NCBI GenBank assembly: GCA_963721435.1
Contig: CAVRJC010000012.1
Span: 119,154 to 183,153, forward strand
From: an uncultured Actinomycetes bacterium
GTDB taxonomy: Bacteria; Actinomycetota; Acidimicrobiia; IMCC26256; DASPTH01
Reading direction: 5' to 3'
Length of the DNA stretch: 64,000 bases
In this document: piece after piece, positions 10,400 through 21,667 of the stretch
Layout: each line of letters opens with the position of its first letter
Numbering within the stretch: position 1 is the stretch's first letter
Program-made: the position numbers and the translations under genes
Notes under the pieces: generated by a model
Told to the model about the DNA's origin: nothing
What the model saw: only the letters and a program-made list of their open reading frames with translations
The model's database searches: none

Positions 10400-11271
10400 T
10401 CAGGTGAGTGCGTTCGTGACCGCGGCGAGGAACCGATCGGGCGCTTCGATCATCGGGTAGTGGCCGACCCGGTCGAGGATGGTGACGGTCGCGTCGGGCG
10501 CGCGGTCTGGAGGCGCTCGACCATGTCGATCACCGCAATCGGGTCGTCGGCACCCCACACGACGTGCAACGGCGACGGATGCGTCTCGATCGCACCGGTG
10601 TAACGGTGTTGCTCGCGACGGCGCTCCTCGATGTACCGGATCAGGCGCGGGAGGATGAGATGGCCGTCGTCACGCGTGATGAGCTGCGCGTGCGCGGTGA
10701 GCTCGTCGTCGTCGACCGTCGAGTGCCGGCTGAAGGTTCCCGCGATACCGGCCTTCACCGAGGCTCCGTCGACGAGCCCGGGCGCAAGCCGCTCGTCGGG
10801 CAGGCCGAGGAGCAGTTCCTGGCCCGCGGAGAGGTGCGCCATCTCGATGTAGATGCTGCCGTTGGTCAGCACTCGGTGCGTGATGTCGACCGGCCATTCG
10901 CCCTCGGCGTTGCGGGCGAGGAGCTCGCCGCCGACGGTGTCGCCCATGTCGTGGGTGAGGAGCGCGAGCGCGCGCAGCCCGAGCTCGGCGGTGAACGCCG
11001 TGACGATGTCGGCCTGCGCGGCGAGCGTGTACGCGATGTCGGGTTTCGCGGAGAAGCCGTACCCGAGGAAGTCGAGCAGGCAGACGCGCCGGTGCGCGCG
11101 CAGGCCGTCGAGCACGAGATGGAAGTCGAACGACGCGGTCGGGAAGCCGTGGAGGATCAGGAGCGGCTCGTGGCGCTCGTCACCGAGCGGCAGCGCGTCG
11201 ACCGTGAAGATCCGGTAGCCGGCGAGCTCCCGGTAGGTGCCGAGCCGCTCCCACGCGTCGAGATCGGACAT
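10400..11271 (-). CDS. Alpha/beta hydrolase (MEST/epoxide-hydrolase-like), frameshifted near 10495
   Basis: HGFPT, HDMGD nucleophile elbow; the C-terminal VGHYPMIEAP is in another frame ending at 10400. Confidence 0.85.
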
Positions 11272-11312
11272 GCGTGAAGTATGGCGGTTCAATCCGCGGC
11301 AAGAATGCGACC

Positions 11313-11852
11313 GTGCGTCGTGTCCTGGTCGTCGGCAGCTCGGGCGCAGGGAAGACGACGTTCGCCCGCGAGCTGGCGGATCGCCTCTCCCTGCAGCACG
11401 TCGAGCTCGATGCGATCTTCCATCAGCCCGACTGGCAGGAGCTCCCCCGTGAAGAGTTCCGCGCCGCGGTGAGTGCGCGCATCGCCGAGCCTGGCTGGGT
11501 CGTCGACGGCAACTACTCCAAGGTGCAGGACCTCATCCTGGCGCGAGCGGATACGTTCGTCTGGCTCGACTACTCCCGCGCCGTCGTCATGCGGAGGATC
11601 ATCCCGCGGACCGTCACGAGAGCGGTGCGACACCAGGAGCTCTGGAACGGCAATCGGGAGCCCTGGAGCAATCTGTGGTCGATCGACCCGCAGCGTTCGA
11701 TCATCGCGTGGTCGTGGACGCGCCATCGCGACCTCCGGGAGCGGTACGAGCACGTCATCGCCGACGCCGCGCACTCGCATCTCCGCGTCGTCCGCCTGGA
11801 CTCGCCGCGATCAGCTCGCCAATTCCTCGCCGATCTCGCCCTCGCCGCCTGA
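11313..11852 (+). CDS. P-loop nucleotide kinase-like protein (adenylate kinase/FlaR-like)
   Basis: GSSGAGKTT Walker A, WVVDGNY, WLD motifs. Confidence 0.8.
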   Translation: MRRVLVVGSSGAGKTTFARELADRLSLQHVELDAIFHQPDWQELPREEFRAAVSARIAEPGWVVDGNYSKVQDLILARADTFVWLDYSRAVVMRRIIPRTVTRAVRHQELWNGNREPWSNLWSIDPQRSIIAWSWTRHRDLRERYEHVIADAAHSHLRVVRLDSPRSARQFLADLALAA

Positions 11853-11905
11853 ACGGTGGGTCGATAGTCTCGGTCGAACGCGCGCGGCTCCGACAGGAGG
11901 ACGGA

Positions 11906-12733
11906 ATGCTGGACATCCAGGTACGTCCCGTCACCGGCGTCATCGGAGCCGAAGTCAGCGGGATCGACCCGAGTCGCGCGCTCGACGATTCGACCGTCGA
12001 CCTCATCCGGAAGGCCTGGCTCGATCACCTGGTGTTGTTCTTCCGCGACGTCGACATCACGCCCGAGCAGCAGATCGCGTTCGCCCGCAACTTCGGTGAG
12101 ATCCAGGTCCCGCATCTGCCGACCGCGCACGGCGGCCCGCCGGAGATGAACGTGCTCGACCAGACCAATCCGTTGGGTGACGGCGCCGATACTTGGCACA
12201 ACGACAGCACGTACGCCGAGGAGCCGCCGATGGGCTCGATGCTTCACGTCGTGCAGGCGCCGAGCGTCGGCGGCGACACCTGCTTCGCCAACATGTACGC
12301 GGCGTACGAGACCCTGTCGCCGACGATGCGTCAGCACGTCGACGGGCTCGAAGCCGTGCACGACATCATCCCGCAGCTCGTCGTCGCGCTCGAGCGGGGT
12401 CACACGAACCTCGATCTCGACGCAGCCCGCGCCCAGTTCCCGCCGATTCGCCACCCCGTGGTCCGCACCCATCCGGAAACCGGGCGCAAGGCGTTGTTCG
12501 TGAACTCGAACCACACCACGCACATCGCGGATGTCCCGCGCGCGGAGAGCGAGCACCTGCTGTCTCTGCTCTACGACCACGTGAAGTCACCGGAGCTGCA
12601 GTGCCGCTTCCGGTGGGACGAGCGGTCGTTGGTGTTCCTCGACAACCGGTGCCTGCAGCACTACGCGGTGCCCGACTACCACGAACGGCGGGTCCTGCAC
12701 CGCGTTGCCCTCAAGGGTGACCGACCGTTCTGA
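11906..12733 (+). CDS. TauD/TfdA family 2-oxoglutarate-dependent dioxygenase
   Basis: WHND (HxD), HPVVRTHPETG, DNRCLQH, LHRV; AGGAGG RBS. Confidence 0.92.
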   Translation: MLDIQVRPVTGVIGAEVSGIDPSRALDDSTVDLIRKAWLDHLVLFFRDVDITPEQQIAFARNFGEIQVPHLPTAHGGPPEMNVLDQTNPLGDGADTWHNDSTYAEEPPMGSMLHVVQAPSVGGDTCFANMYAAYETLSPTMRQHVDGLEAVHDIIPQLVVALERGHTNLDLDAARAQFPPIRHPVVRTHPETGRKALFVNSNHTTHIADVPRAESEHLLSLLYDHVKSPELQCRFRWDERSLVFLDNRCLQHYAVPDYHERRVLHRVALKGDRPF

Positions 12734-12755
12734 ACGATGCCCCTGCAGCGGCTCA

Positions 12756-12800
12756 ATGGGTCGCGATCTTCTGCGGTAGACGAGACAAATCGCGTCCCAT
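12756..12800. repeat. Imperfect inverted repeat (terminator/REP-like) between convergent genes
   Basis: ATGGGTCGCGAT...ATCGCGTCCCAT arms. Confidence 0.45.
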
Positions 12801-12846
12801 CAGGCTCCCTACGCCTCGGTCTGAGGCGAGGGGACACAGGGTTGAG

Positions 12847-13440
12847 CTACCGCGAGGCGCGGATGCCGCGGCGCCAGATCTCGCGGTACGACTCGAGGCC
12901 GTCGGGCGAGAGCCAGCCTTCGGGGCCGCTCGCGATGTTCACCCGCTCGGGGACGCTGCCCCACACGGGGACGCCGGCCTCGACCCAGGCGGCGACCATG
13001 TCGTGGTAGTCGCGGGTGTACGTGCGGGCGGAGCAGATCGCGAGGCCGACGGGCACCTTGGTCGGCACCATGTCGAGCACGGCTTCCACACGAGGCGTCT
13101 CCACCCCGCCGACGCGGGTGGGGATCACGACGATGCTGGCCAGCTCGATGGCCTTGGCGAGGAGCCGCTCGTTGCCGGGAGGCGTGTCGACGACGACGAC
13201 TTCGTCACGTTCGATGCGATCGAGGGCTTTGAGCAGCATGCGGTCCGTGGGCGCCTCGATGAGCGTGACCCGCTCGAGCGCTTCGTCCTCGGAGCTCTCC
13301 AGCCAGTCCGCGGCGCTGGCCTGCGGGTCGGCGTCGATGAGGGTGGTGTCACGACGGGTGCCGGAGGACACGGCGGACAGGTACACGGAGGTCGTCGTCT
13401 TGCCGACGCCTCCCTTGAGTGCAGCTACGACGATGATCAC
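12847..13440 (-). CDS. Small orphan ParA/MinD-family ATPase
   Basis: KGGVGKTT deviant Walker A, IDADPQ, VDTPP; GTG start 7 nt after TACTTT. Confidence 0.88.
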   Translation of the reverse strand: MIIVVAALKGGVGKTTTSVYLSAVSSGTRRDTTLIDADPQASAADWLESSEDEALERVTLIEAPTDRMLLKALDRIERDEVVVVDTPPGNERLLAKAIELASIVVIPTRVGGVETPRVEAVLDMVPTKVPVGLAICSARTYTRDYHDMVAAWVEAGVPVWGSVPERVNIASGPEGWLSPDGLESYREIWRRGIRASR

Positions 13441-13561
13441 GAGCGTCAAAGTAGCGAGCCGAGCCGCCGCGCACCATCTCGCCACGTCGCAGACCCATCG
13501 CTAACGTGAGCGCCGGCCGAGGAGCCCCGTCCCGAGGGGCCACATCCGAGGGGGAGCTTCG

Positions 13562-14617
13562 ATGACGTATCGCGTCGTGCTGTGGACCACCGGGCACGTC
13601 GCCCGCTTCGCCGGGCGGGCCATCGTGGACCATCCCGACATGGAGCTCGTGGGCGCCTACGCGTGGAGCCCAGAGAAGGTGGGCAAGGACGTCGGCGAGC
13701 TCATCGGGATCGCACCGCTCGGGATCGCCGCCACCGACGACGTCGACGCCCTGCTCGCGCTCGAGCCCGACGTGGTCGGCTACTACCAGATGCTGTTCCC
13801 CGACGCGATCGAGCAGCACGTCGAGACGATGTGCCGGTTCCTCGAGCACGGCGTCAACGTCGTGAGCACGTCGAACCTCATCACCGGTCGGTGGTGGGGC
13901 GCGGAGGAGCGCTTCGACGAGGCAGGGAAGGCCGGCGGCGCGTCGCTGTTCGCCGGTGGCGTGAACCCGGGATGGGCGAACCAACTGGCCCTGACCGCGA
14001 CGGGCGTGTGCAGCGAGGTGAAGCACATCTCGATCTGGGAAGAGGCCGAGTGCTCGGGCTACAGCTCGCCCGAGCTGTGGCAGTCGGTCGGCTTTGCGCT
14101 GCCGCCCGACGAGCCCGGGCTGCTCGACATCTTCAAGCGCGGCACCACCGCGTTCGAGGACGCGGTGGCGATGATGGCCGACGCGCTCGACCTCCCGCTC
14201 GACGACATCGCGTACGCACCCGACGTCGCGCTGGCGACCGAAGATCTCGATCTCGGGTTCATGTTCATCCCGAAGGGGCACGTCGCGGGGCTGCGCAACC
14301 GGTGGCTGGGGATCGCCAACGGAGTCGAGGTGATCGAGCTCGGCTCCGTGTGGAAGATGACCGAGAACGTCGAGCCCAACTGGGAGATCCGCCACGGCTG
14401 GCACTTCGAGGTCGACGGCACGCCCACGGTGAAGATGCACGTCGCCGGCTGGCCCCCATCAGGTGAAGCCGATTCCGAGATCTTGATGGGGCTCGCGATG
14501 TTGATGACCGCGATGCCGACGGTCCACGCGATCCGGCACGTCGTCGCGGCACGGCCCGGCGTCGTCACCTACAAGGAGCTGCCACTTGTCGCCGCGGCGC
14601 AGAGCGTGCGCGCGTGA
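13562..14617 (+). CDS. Dihydrodipicolinate-reductase-like / NAD(P)H-dependent amine dehydrogenase family protein
   Basis: YRVVLWTTG, KVGKDVGEL, GVNPG, C-terminal VVAARPGVVTY typical of this actinobacterial family. Confidence 0.8.
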   Translation: MTYRVVLWTTGHVARFAGRAIVDHPDMELVGAYAWSPEKVGKDVGELIGIAPLGIAATDDVDALLALEPDVVGYYQMLFPDAIEQHVETMCRFLEHGVNVVSTSNLITGRWWGAEERFDEAGKAGGASLFAGGVNPGWANQLALTATGVCSEVKHISIWEEAECSGYSSPELWQSVGFALPPDEPGLLDIFKRGTTAFEDAVAMMADALDLPLDDIAYAPDVALATEDLDLGFMFIPKGHVAGLRNRWLGIANGVEVIELGSVWKMTENVEPNWEIRHGWHFEVDGTPTVKMHVAGWPPSGEADSEILMGLAMLMTAMPTVHAIRHVVAARPGVVTYKELPLVAAAQSVRA

Positions 14618-15612
14618 GCGACGACATCTCGTTCGGCGTCGTCATCCCAACCTACGGCGACTATGCGGACCCCGACGCGATCACCGCGCTCGTCGCGCGG
14701 AGCGAGGAACTGGGGTTCGCGAACATCTGGTTCGCGGATCGCGCCGCGGTGCCGTCGTACGCGCTCGCGTTCTGCGACCCGAACTGGTACGAGTCGCTCG
14801 CGTGCGTGTTCACTGCGCTCGGCGCGACCAGTCGCATCCGAGTCGGCACCGACGTGCTCGTGCTCCCCTACCGCGAGCCGCTGCTGCTCGCGCGCATGAC
14901 CGCGACCGCGGCGCGGCTGTCGCACGGAAGACTCGTGCTCGGTGTGGGAGTCGGCTACCTCAAGGGCGAGTTCGCGGCGCTCGAGGTCGACATCTCGCAA
15001 CGAGGCGCGATCACCGACGAGTACCTGACCATCCTGCGCCAGGCGTGGGAAGCCGACAACCCGATCAGCCACGCGGGCGAGCACCGGAGCTACGCCGACG
15101 TCAACTCGGGCCCGGCGCTGCACGGTGACACCATCCCCGTGTGGGTCGGCGGCAACCATCCCGCGGCGTTCGCACGCGCGGCGCGCTTCGGCGACGGCTG
15201 GCACCCGCTGTTCCCGACGCCGGCCGACTACGCAACCGGCCGCGCCGCGATCGGGCGCGCGCTCGGGACGAATGGTCGCGATGCGAGTGTGTTCTCGTGG
15301 TCGTACTCGTGCCCGGAGACGAAGCTGCTCGACGAGAGCGGCGCGACGCGCGTGTCGTACACCTATGAAGCTGCCGGCGAGATCCCCGATGACTTCACGT
15401 ACGCGCCGCCGACACCCACCGCCGACGACGGCCGTCCGCGCTTCATCGGCACCGTCGACGAGGTGAGCGACGACATCGCACAGTTCGTCGACGCGGGCGT
15501 GCGGCACTTCGCCCTGCGCTTCTTCGCCGGGAGCCCGGGCTTCGGCGTCGATCGCTTCGTTGCTCAGCTCGAGCGGTTCGCGAGCGACGTTGCGCCGCGC
15601 TTCGGCGCGTAG
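14614..15612 (+). CDS. LLM class (probably F420-dependent) oxidoreductase
   Basis: IWFAD, GTDVLVLPYR, GRLVLGVGVG, WVGG, RAARFGDGW; GTGA overlap with the upstream gene. Confidence 0.9.
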   Translation: MSDDISFGVVIPTYGDYADPDAITALVARSEELGFANIWFADRAAVPSYALAFCDPNWYESLACVFTALGATSRIRVGTDVLVLPYREPLLLARMTATAARLSHGRLVLGVGVGYLKGEFAALEVDISQRGAITDEYLTILRQAWEADNPISHAGEHRSYADVNSGPALHGDTIPVWVGGNHPAAFARAARFGDGWHPLFPTPADYATGRAAIGRALGTNGRDASVFSWSYSCPETKLLDESGATRVSYTYEAAGEIPDDFTYAPPTPTADDGRPRFIGTVDEVSDDIAQFVDAGVRHFALRFFAGSPGFGVDRFVAQLERFASDVAPRFGA

Positions 15613-15628
15613 CCCAATCGCTCAGTGC

Positions 15629-16039
15629 TCAGTCGCGCGGTCGTGTGCGCTGACGATGCCGGGTGCCTTCGCCCCAGGTGATCACGAGGATCTGGCCCGG
15701 CTCGCGCACGTCGGCGGTGTGCCAGGTTCCCGTCGGGACGACCACACAGTGCGGCGCCGCGACATCGACCGATTGCGTCGTGGTGCCGTCGTCCAGGTGG
15801 CCGTCATCGAAATGGAAGGTGACCGATCCACTGAGCACGACGATCACCTCGTCGCCGCCGGGATGCATCTCCCACACCGTCCAGTCGGCGTCGTGCACGA
15901 ACGACGTGATCAAGCGACCGCGTTGGAGATCGGCGCGTTGGTCGATGGTCGGCCAGAAGTCGTCGGTGACGGGGACCGCGCGTACCGCGGGCCCCTCGCC
16001 GAGATGGAGATACGTCGACGTCAGATCGAGCGCAGGCAT
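15629..16039 (-). CDS. Cupin domain protein
   Basis: WEMHPGGDEVIVVLSG and VPTGTWHTA cupin motifs. Confidence 0.85.
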   Translation of the reverse strand: MPALDLTSTYLHLGEGPAVRAVPVTDDFWPTIDQRADLQRGRLITSFVHDADWTVWEMHPGGDEVIVVLSGSVTFHFDDGHLDDGTTTQSVDVAAPHCVVVPTGTWHTADVREPGQILVITWGEGTRHRQRTRPRD

Positions 16040-16079
16040 GCAGCGATGCTACGACGGGCGGCGATCGCCCCTGCTCGCG

Positions 16080-18318
16080 TTACCGCTGCTCGAACGCGCG
16101 GTCGAGGATCTTGACCGGCTCCTGCTCCCAGATGCCGTAGCGGAGGTGCCAGCGCCGCACCCAGCGCGGCGCCCACCAGTTCACACGTCCTGACAGCCGC
16201 ATGATCGCGGGCACGAGCGTGGCGCGGATGAGGAACGCGTCGACGAGCACCGCGAGCGCGAGCCCGAGGCCGAACAGCTTCACCTGGACGACTTCCGACG
16301 TGGTGAGCCCGAGGAACACGATGGTCAACACCAGCGCCGCGGCAGTGACGATGTGCCCGGTCTTGCCCAAGCCGACCGCGACCGCGCGCTCGTTGTCGTG
16401 GTCGTAGTCGTACTCCTCCTTGATGCGGCTGAGGAGGAACACCTCGTAGTCCATCGAAAGCCCGAACGCGATGCAGAACATCAGCAGCGGGGTGAAGATG
16501 TCGATCGCGCCCGTCGACGTGTAGCCGAGCAGATCGGTGAAGCGGCCCTCTTGGAACACCCACACCATCGCACCGAACGTCGCGGTGAGACTCAGCGCGT
16601 TGAGCGCGAGCGCCTTGATCGGCACGAGCACACTGCCGGTCATCAGGAACAACAGGATGAACGTGACGAGCGCGATGAAGCCGAGCGCGAGCGGCAACCG
16701 GTCTTCGATCGTGCGCTTGGCGTCGACGAGTCGCGCTCGAGGGACCCGCGACCGTGAACGGCCCCGGTCCCTTCGTGGCGCGCACCGCGGCGACCAGATC
16801 CTCACCCGCCGGGGAGATCGGCTCGATGTCGGGCACGACGTTGATCCAGGTGGAGTGCGGTGCCTTGTCGCTGAAGAAGCGCGTCGTGAGCCGCAACGAG
16901 GGGATCGCGGGCACGAAGCTGCCGTCCTTGAAGTAGAAGCCGGATGCGGCGTCGACCCGTGCGACGCCGGGAAGGTCGCGGAGCTTCTTGGCGAAGGCGT
17001 CGATGGCGGCCACGTCGGTGGTGGGATCGGTGCCGGGGAGATAGAGGCGCAACGCGGCGTTCTCCCGGCTCGAGAAGTTCTCGCGGATCTGGTCGACGGC
17101 AGCACGGCTGCTCGCCACGTCGGGCGGCACGACCCGGTCGTCGATCTGCCCGAGCTGGATGTGCAGGAACGGCACCGCGAGCAGGAGCAGCAGCGCGCTC
17201 ACGCCGATGAGATACGGCCACGGGTGCCGCATCACCCGTACCGCCTGGTGCTGCCAGAACCCTCCGCCCTCGTCCGACGCGACCCGGCGCTTGAACAACC
17301 GGCCCTTCTCGACGCGCGGCCCGAGGATCGCGAGCACCGCGGGCAGCACCACCACCGCGGCGACCGCCGCGAGCCCCACGACCGCCACGCCCGCGTATGC
17401 AAAGGAACGGAGGTACGCGAACGGGAAGATCAACAGCGCGAGCAACGAGATCATCACGGTGATCGCGCTGAACACGACGGTGCGGCCGGCCGTCTGCATG
17501 CTGCGCGCGATCGCGACGCGCGTCGATTCACCCTTCACGAGCTCTTCGCGATACCGCGAGACGATGAACAGCGAGTAGTCGATGGCGAGCCCGAGGCCGA
17601 GACCGGTCGTGAGGTTCAGCGCGAAGATCGATACTTCGGTCGCCGACGAGATGAGCTGCAACGCGAGCAGCGTGCCCACCACCGCGATCACACCGATCAC
17701 GAGCGGCAGACCGGCGGCGACGATGCTGCCGAACACGAGGAGCAACGCGATCGCGGTGAGCGGCGTGGTGATGATCTCCGAGCGCTGGACGTCCTTCTCC
17801 GACCGCGCGCTCACCTGGCGCGCCACCTCGGACAGCCCGGTCACGTCGGTGCGGAGCACGTCGGTGCGCTGGGTGAACTCGGGCGACAGACGTTTGGCAG
17901 TCTCGACCCGTTCACCGAGATCACCATGCAACGTGCCGATGATCAGCGCCTGCCGGCCGTCCGTGCTCTCGAGCGGCGGCGCCTTCGACAGCGTCCAGTA
18001 GGAGGCGGCCTCGATGACGGCAGGGTCCTTGGCCAGCTTGTCGGTGAGCGCGGTGGCGGCGTCGGTGACCGCGGCATCGTCGACCGAGCCACCCCGGGCG
18101 GTCACGAGCACGACGAAGTCGGGCTCGCCGGCCGCGGGAAAGCGAGCAAGCAGGTCGTCGGCAGCCTTGACCGACTCCGATTGCGGGTCTTCGAAACCTC
18201 CCGCCGACAGCTTGTCGGCGACGTTGCGGCCGATCACCGCGGCCACCACGACGAAGAGGATCGCGGCGACGATCACCCAGCGGGCGTGGTTCACCACCAG
18301 CAACGCCAGCCTGCGCAC
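16080..18318 (-). CDS. MMPL/RND family transporter, frameshifted near 16740
   Basis: GLAIDYSLFIVSRYREE and GLSMDYEVFLLSRIKEE motifs found in two different frames. Confidence 0.92.
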
Positions 18319-18442
18319 GCGGCCCCCCGTCGACCCCCGCCCCGCCGCTCGGGACGCCGTTAGGCTACGTGGCGCGCACACGGGGTCGCGGTTCGCGTGC
18401 GGGCGTGTGTGCGTTCGGGCGTCGAGACGCGAGGAGGGGGAC

Positions 18443-18895
18443 GTGGTGGGTCCGTCGCGGCGTGAGCTCGCCGACCTGTTGCAGCAGGTCTCGCTGTTCT
18501 CCCACTGCACAGCACGCGAGCGCGCCACCGTCGCCCGGCACATGCAGACCGCGTCGCTGCCGGCCGACACGCCCATGGTCGAAGCCGGCGAAGAGGGTGA
18601 CGCGCTGTTCGTGATCCTCGATGGCACCGCGGTCGTGCGTCGCGACGACCAGGACGTGCTGACCGTCGGGCCCGGCGCCTACTTCGGCGAGCTCGCCCTG
18701 CTCGACGGCGAGCCCCGCAGCGCCACGGTCGTCAGCATCGAGCCGATCACCGTCGCGGTGCTCGGTGTCCGCATGTTCCGCACCCTGCTCCGTGAGTTCC
18801 CCGACATGACCACGCAGGTGCTCGCGGGGCTCGCCCGGGACCTTCGCCGTGCTCGCGACGAGCTCGAAGCGGCCACCCGAGCCGCCCACTCGTGA
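18443..18895 (+). CDS. Stand-alone cyclic-nucleotide-binding domain protein
   Basis: FGELALLDGEPRSATV phosphate-binding cassette; GAGGAGG RBS. Confidence 0.88.
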   Translation: MVGPSRRELADLLQQVSLFSHCTARERATVARHMQTASLPADTPMVEAGEEGDALFVILDGTAVVRRDDQDVLTVGPGAYFGELALLDGEPRSATVVSIEPITVAVLGVRMFRTLLREFPDMTTQVLAGLARDLRRARDELEAATRAAHS

Positions 18896-20707
18896 GCACA
18901 CTGCCACTCGATGACGCGGTCCCGATGGAGGAGCGCGAGCGACTCGTCGAAGAGAGCGCGATGTTCGGCTCGCTCTCCCCCGAGGCGCGGGCATTCGTCG
19001 CCCATCACCTCGAGGCGGTGAACCTGCCGGGCGGCGCCCATCTCATGCGCGAAGGCGACGTCGGCGACTCGTTGTTCTTCGTCGCGGTCGGGCGCCTGCG
19101 GGTCACCATGACGCGTGAGGACGGCACGGAGACACTGCTCGCAGAGCTCGGACGCGGCGAGGTCGTCGGCGAGCTCGCGGTGATGACCAACGAGCCGCGC
19201 ACGGCGAACGTCACCGCGTTGCGCGACAGCCAGGTGCTCGAGCTCTCGGGTGACGCATTCACCAGCCTGGTGGCGCAGTTCCCCGAAGCACTGCGCGGGA
19301 TCACCACGCAAGTCGTGCGCCGACTCGTGCGCTCACTGCGCGAGGGCAGCCCCACCAGCCCAGTGGTCACGATCGCGGTCGTGCCGCTGAGCGCCGACCC
19401 GAGCGCGACCGGGTTCGCGGCACGCCTGCGCGGCGCGCTCGAACGGCTCACCGGCGCGGCGAGCAACGTGACGTCGGCGGAGACGGCCGACGCGCTCGGG
19501 GATCTCTCGCGCGTCGGTGGCGATCGTCTGGCGTCGTGGTTCGCCGAACGCGAGCTCGGGTTCGAGGCGGTCGTGTACGCGGCCGATCCCGAACCCACGG
19601 ACTGGACGGCCGCGTGCGTGCGGCAGGCCGACCTCGTGCTGCTCGTCGGGTCGGCGGTCGAGGGACCGTCGGTGCGGGCGGTGGAGCGGGAGAGCGAGGC
19701 GCGTCGCAGCACCGTGCGGGCGCGGACCGAGCTCGTGCTCGTGCATCCGTCGCACACCCGTGACCCGCGCGGCACGCGCGGCATGGCTGCGCGCCCGCAC
19801 CGTTGATCGTCATCATCACGTGCGCGTCGACCGCGACGCCGACGTCGACCGCGTCGCGCGGCTCCTGCTCGGGCGAGGGACCGGCGTCGTGTTCAGCGGC
19901 GGCGGTGCGCGTGGTATCGCGGGTATCGGCGTGCTCGCGGCACTCAACGAGCGCGGCGTCCCCATCGACGCGGTCGGCGGCACGAGCATCGGCTCGCTGA
20001 TCGCCGGCGGTGCCGCACGCGGGCTCACGCCCGAAGAGCTCGCGCGTCAGCTCAAGGCCGCGGTCGTCGACTCGTCACCGTTCGACGTGACCTTCCCCGC
20101 ACTCTCCTTGGCGACCGGTCGACGCGTCACCGAGCGCATCCAGGAGTCCGCCGACGGCCTCGACATGGAGGATGCATGGCGGCCCTTCTTCTGCGTGTCG
20201 ACCAACCTGACGACCGGCAGCACCGAGATCCACACGTCGGGCCCGGGCTGGCGCGCGATCCGAGCCAGCTTCTCGATCCCCGGCGTCTTCCCGCCCGTGC
20301 GCAGCCCCAACGGCGACCTTCTCGTCGACGGCGGCCTCCTCGACAACCTTCCCGTCGGCGTCATGCGCGGCCTGCACCGCGGCATCACCGTGATCGCGGT
20401 CGACGTCGGCCGCTCGCGCGACATGGTCGCGGGCTCGCTGCCCGACGGCGGCTTCGTCTCGGGGTGGCGGCTGCTCATGGGCCGCTTCGACCGGGGCGCG
20501 TCGCGCGACACCGCGGGCCTCGGGCGAGTGCTCATGCGCCTCACCGAGCTCGGGAGCGAGCGCAACGCCGACCACGGCGACGTCTACATCCGTCCGGCCG
20601 TCGACCCGTACAGCATCGGCGACTTCAAGGCGTTCGACCGCCTGGTCGTGCTGGGTCGCGAAGCCGGTGAGCGCGCCGTCGACGAATGGCGCGCCGGCGG
20701 CTCCTGA
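18892..20707 (+). CDS. cNMP-binding domain + patatin-like phospholipase (NTE-like), frameshifted near 19780
   Basis: VGELAVMTNEPRTA in the N-terminal part; GGGARG, GTSIG, DGG patatin motifs in the second frame. Confidence 0.88.
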
Positions 20708-20716
20708 CCTTCTTGG

Positions 20717-21202
20717 CTAGAGCTTGCGGTGGTCCCAGGAGGCGATCTTGACCGGGTTCACCTTGATCACGACGCGCTTGTAGAGCAGTGACTCGACGTG
20801 CTTGCGGTTCCGAGCATCGTCGTAGGGGGCGGTGTGGCGCTCGAACACGCTGATGCCCGCCGCGAACATGCGCTCGGGATCTTCGACGATCTCCGCGGTG
20901 CCCTGGATCGACACCCCGATGAGCTCGTCGTACGCGTCACCCTCCTCGGCCATCACGGTGATGTTCGGGTTGCGGCGCAGGTTCAACACCTTCTGCGCCT
21001 TCGCCTTCGACGTGAACGCGATCTCCCCCTCGAGGAAGCCGTACCACATCGCCACCATGTGGATGCTGCCGTCACGGTTCAGCGTGGCGATCGAGAGCGT
21101 GTGCTTCTCGGCGATGAAGGCGTCGATCTCCTCGGGCGACATCGCGACCTGGTTGCGCTGCTTGGTACCGCTCCCGTACGGGCGCGGTGACGGGCTCGTC
21201 AT
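20717..21202 (-). CDS. PPOX-class (pyridoxamine 5'-phosphate oxidase-like, probably F420-binding) protein
   Basis: ATLNRDGSIH, KVLNLRRNP, C-terminal SWDHRKL. Confidence 0.85.
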   Translation of the reverse strand: MTSPSPRPYGSGTKQRNQVAMSPEEIDAFIAEKHTLSIATLNRDGSIHMVAMWYGFLEGEIAFTSKAKAQKVLNLRRNPNITVMAEEGDAYDELIGVSIQGTAEIVEDPERMFAAGISVFERHTAPYDDARNRKHVESLLYKRVVIKVNPVKIASWDHRKL

Positions 21203-21666
21203 CAGGGGTACCAGCGGGCGAGCGACTCGATCACGCAGCAGGGCTTCTCCTGGCCTTCGACCTCGATGGTGATGAGCGTCTTGGTCTGGATCCCGCCGCC
21301 GGCGACATCACTGACCTCGACCAGCTCCGCACCGGCGCGGATACGCGACCCGACCTTCACGGGTGACGGGAAGCGCACCTTGTCGACGCCGTAGTTCACC
21401 GCCATGTTCCAGCCCTCGTAGCGGACGATGGTCGGGAGGAACATGCTCGCCATCGACAGCGTCAGGTAGCCGTGCGCGATCGGCGCGCCGAAGGGACCGG
21501 CGTTGGCGCGCTCGATGTCGACGTGGATCCACTGGTGGTCGCCCGTGGCGTCGGCGAACTGGTTGACGCGCTCCTGCGTGATCTCGACCCAGTCGCTGTA
21601 CCCGAGGTGCTTGCCGACCGCCGCCTTCGCCTCCTCGGCGCCGGTGATCACCGTGACGTCACCCAT
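21202..21666 (-). CDS. MaoC family dehydratase
   Basis: FADATGDHQWIH, IAHGYLTLS, NYG..KVRF. Confidence 0.92.
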   Translation of the reverse strand: MGDVTVITGAEEAKAAVGKHLGYSDWVEITQERVNQFADATGDHQWIHVDIERANAGPFGAPIAHGYLTLSMASMFLPTIVRYEGWNMAVNYGVDKVRFPSPVKVGSRIRAGAELVEVSDVAGGGIQTKTLITIEVEGQEKPCCVIESLARWYP

Positions 21667-21667
21667 G

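Noticed and set aside
12847-13440. Plasmid or prophage origin implied by parA
   Set aside because: Flanked by ordinary metabolic genes of similar composition; no rep, parB, integrase or phage genes
18443-20707. CBASS/Pycsar anti-phage system (cNMP sensor + patatin effector)
   Set aside because: No nucleotidyl cyclase or CD-NTase nearby; architecture fits NTE-like housekeeping patatins
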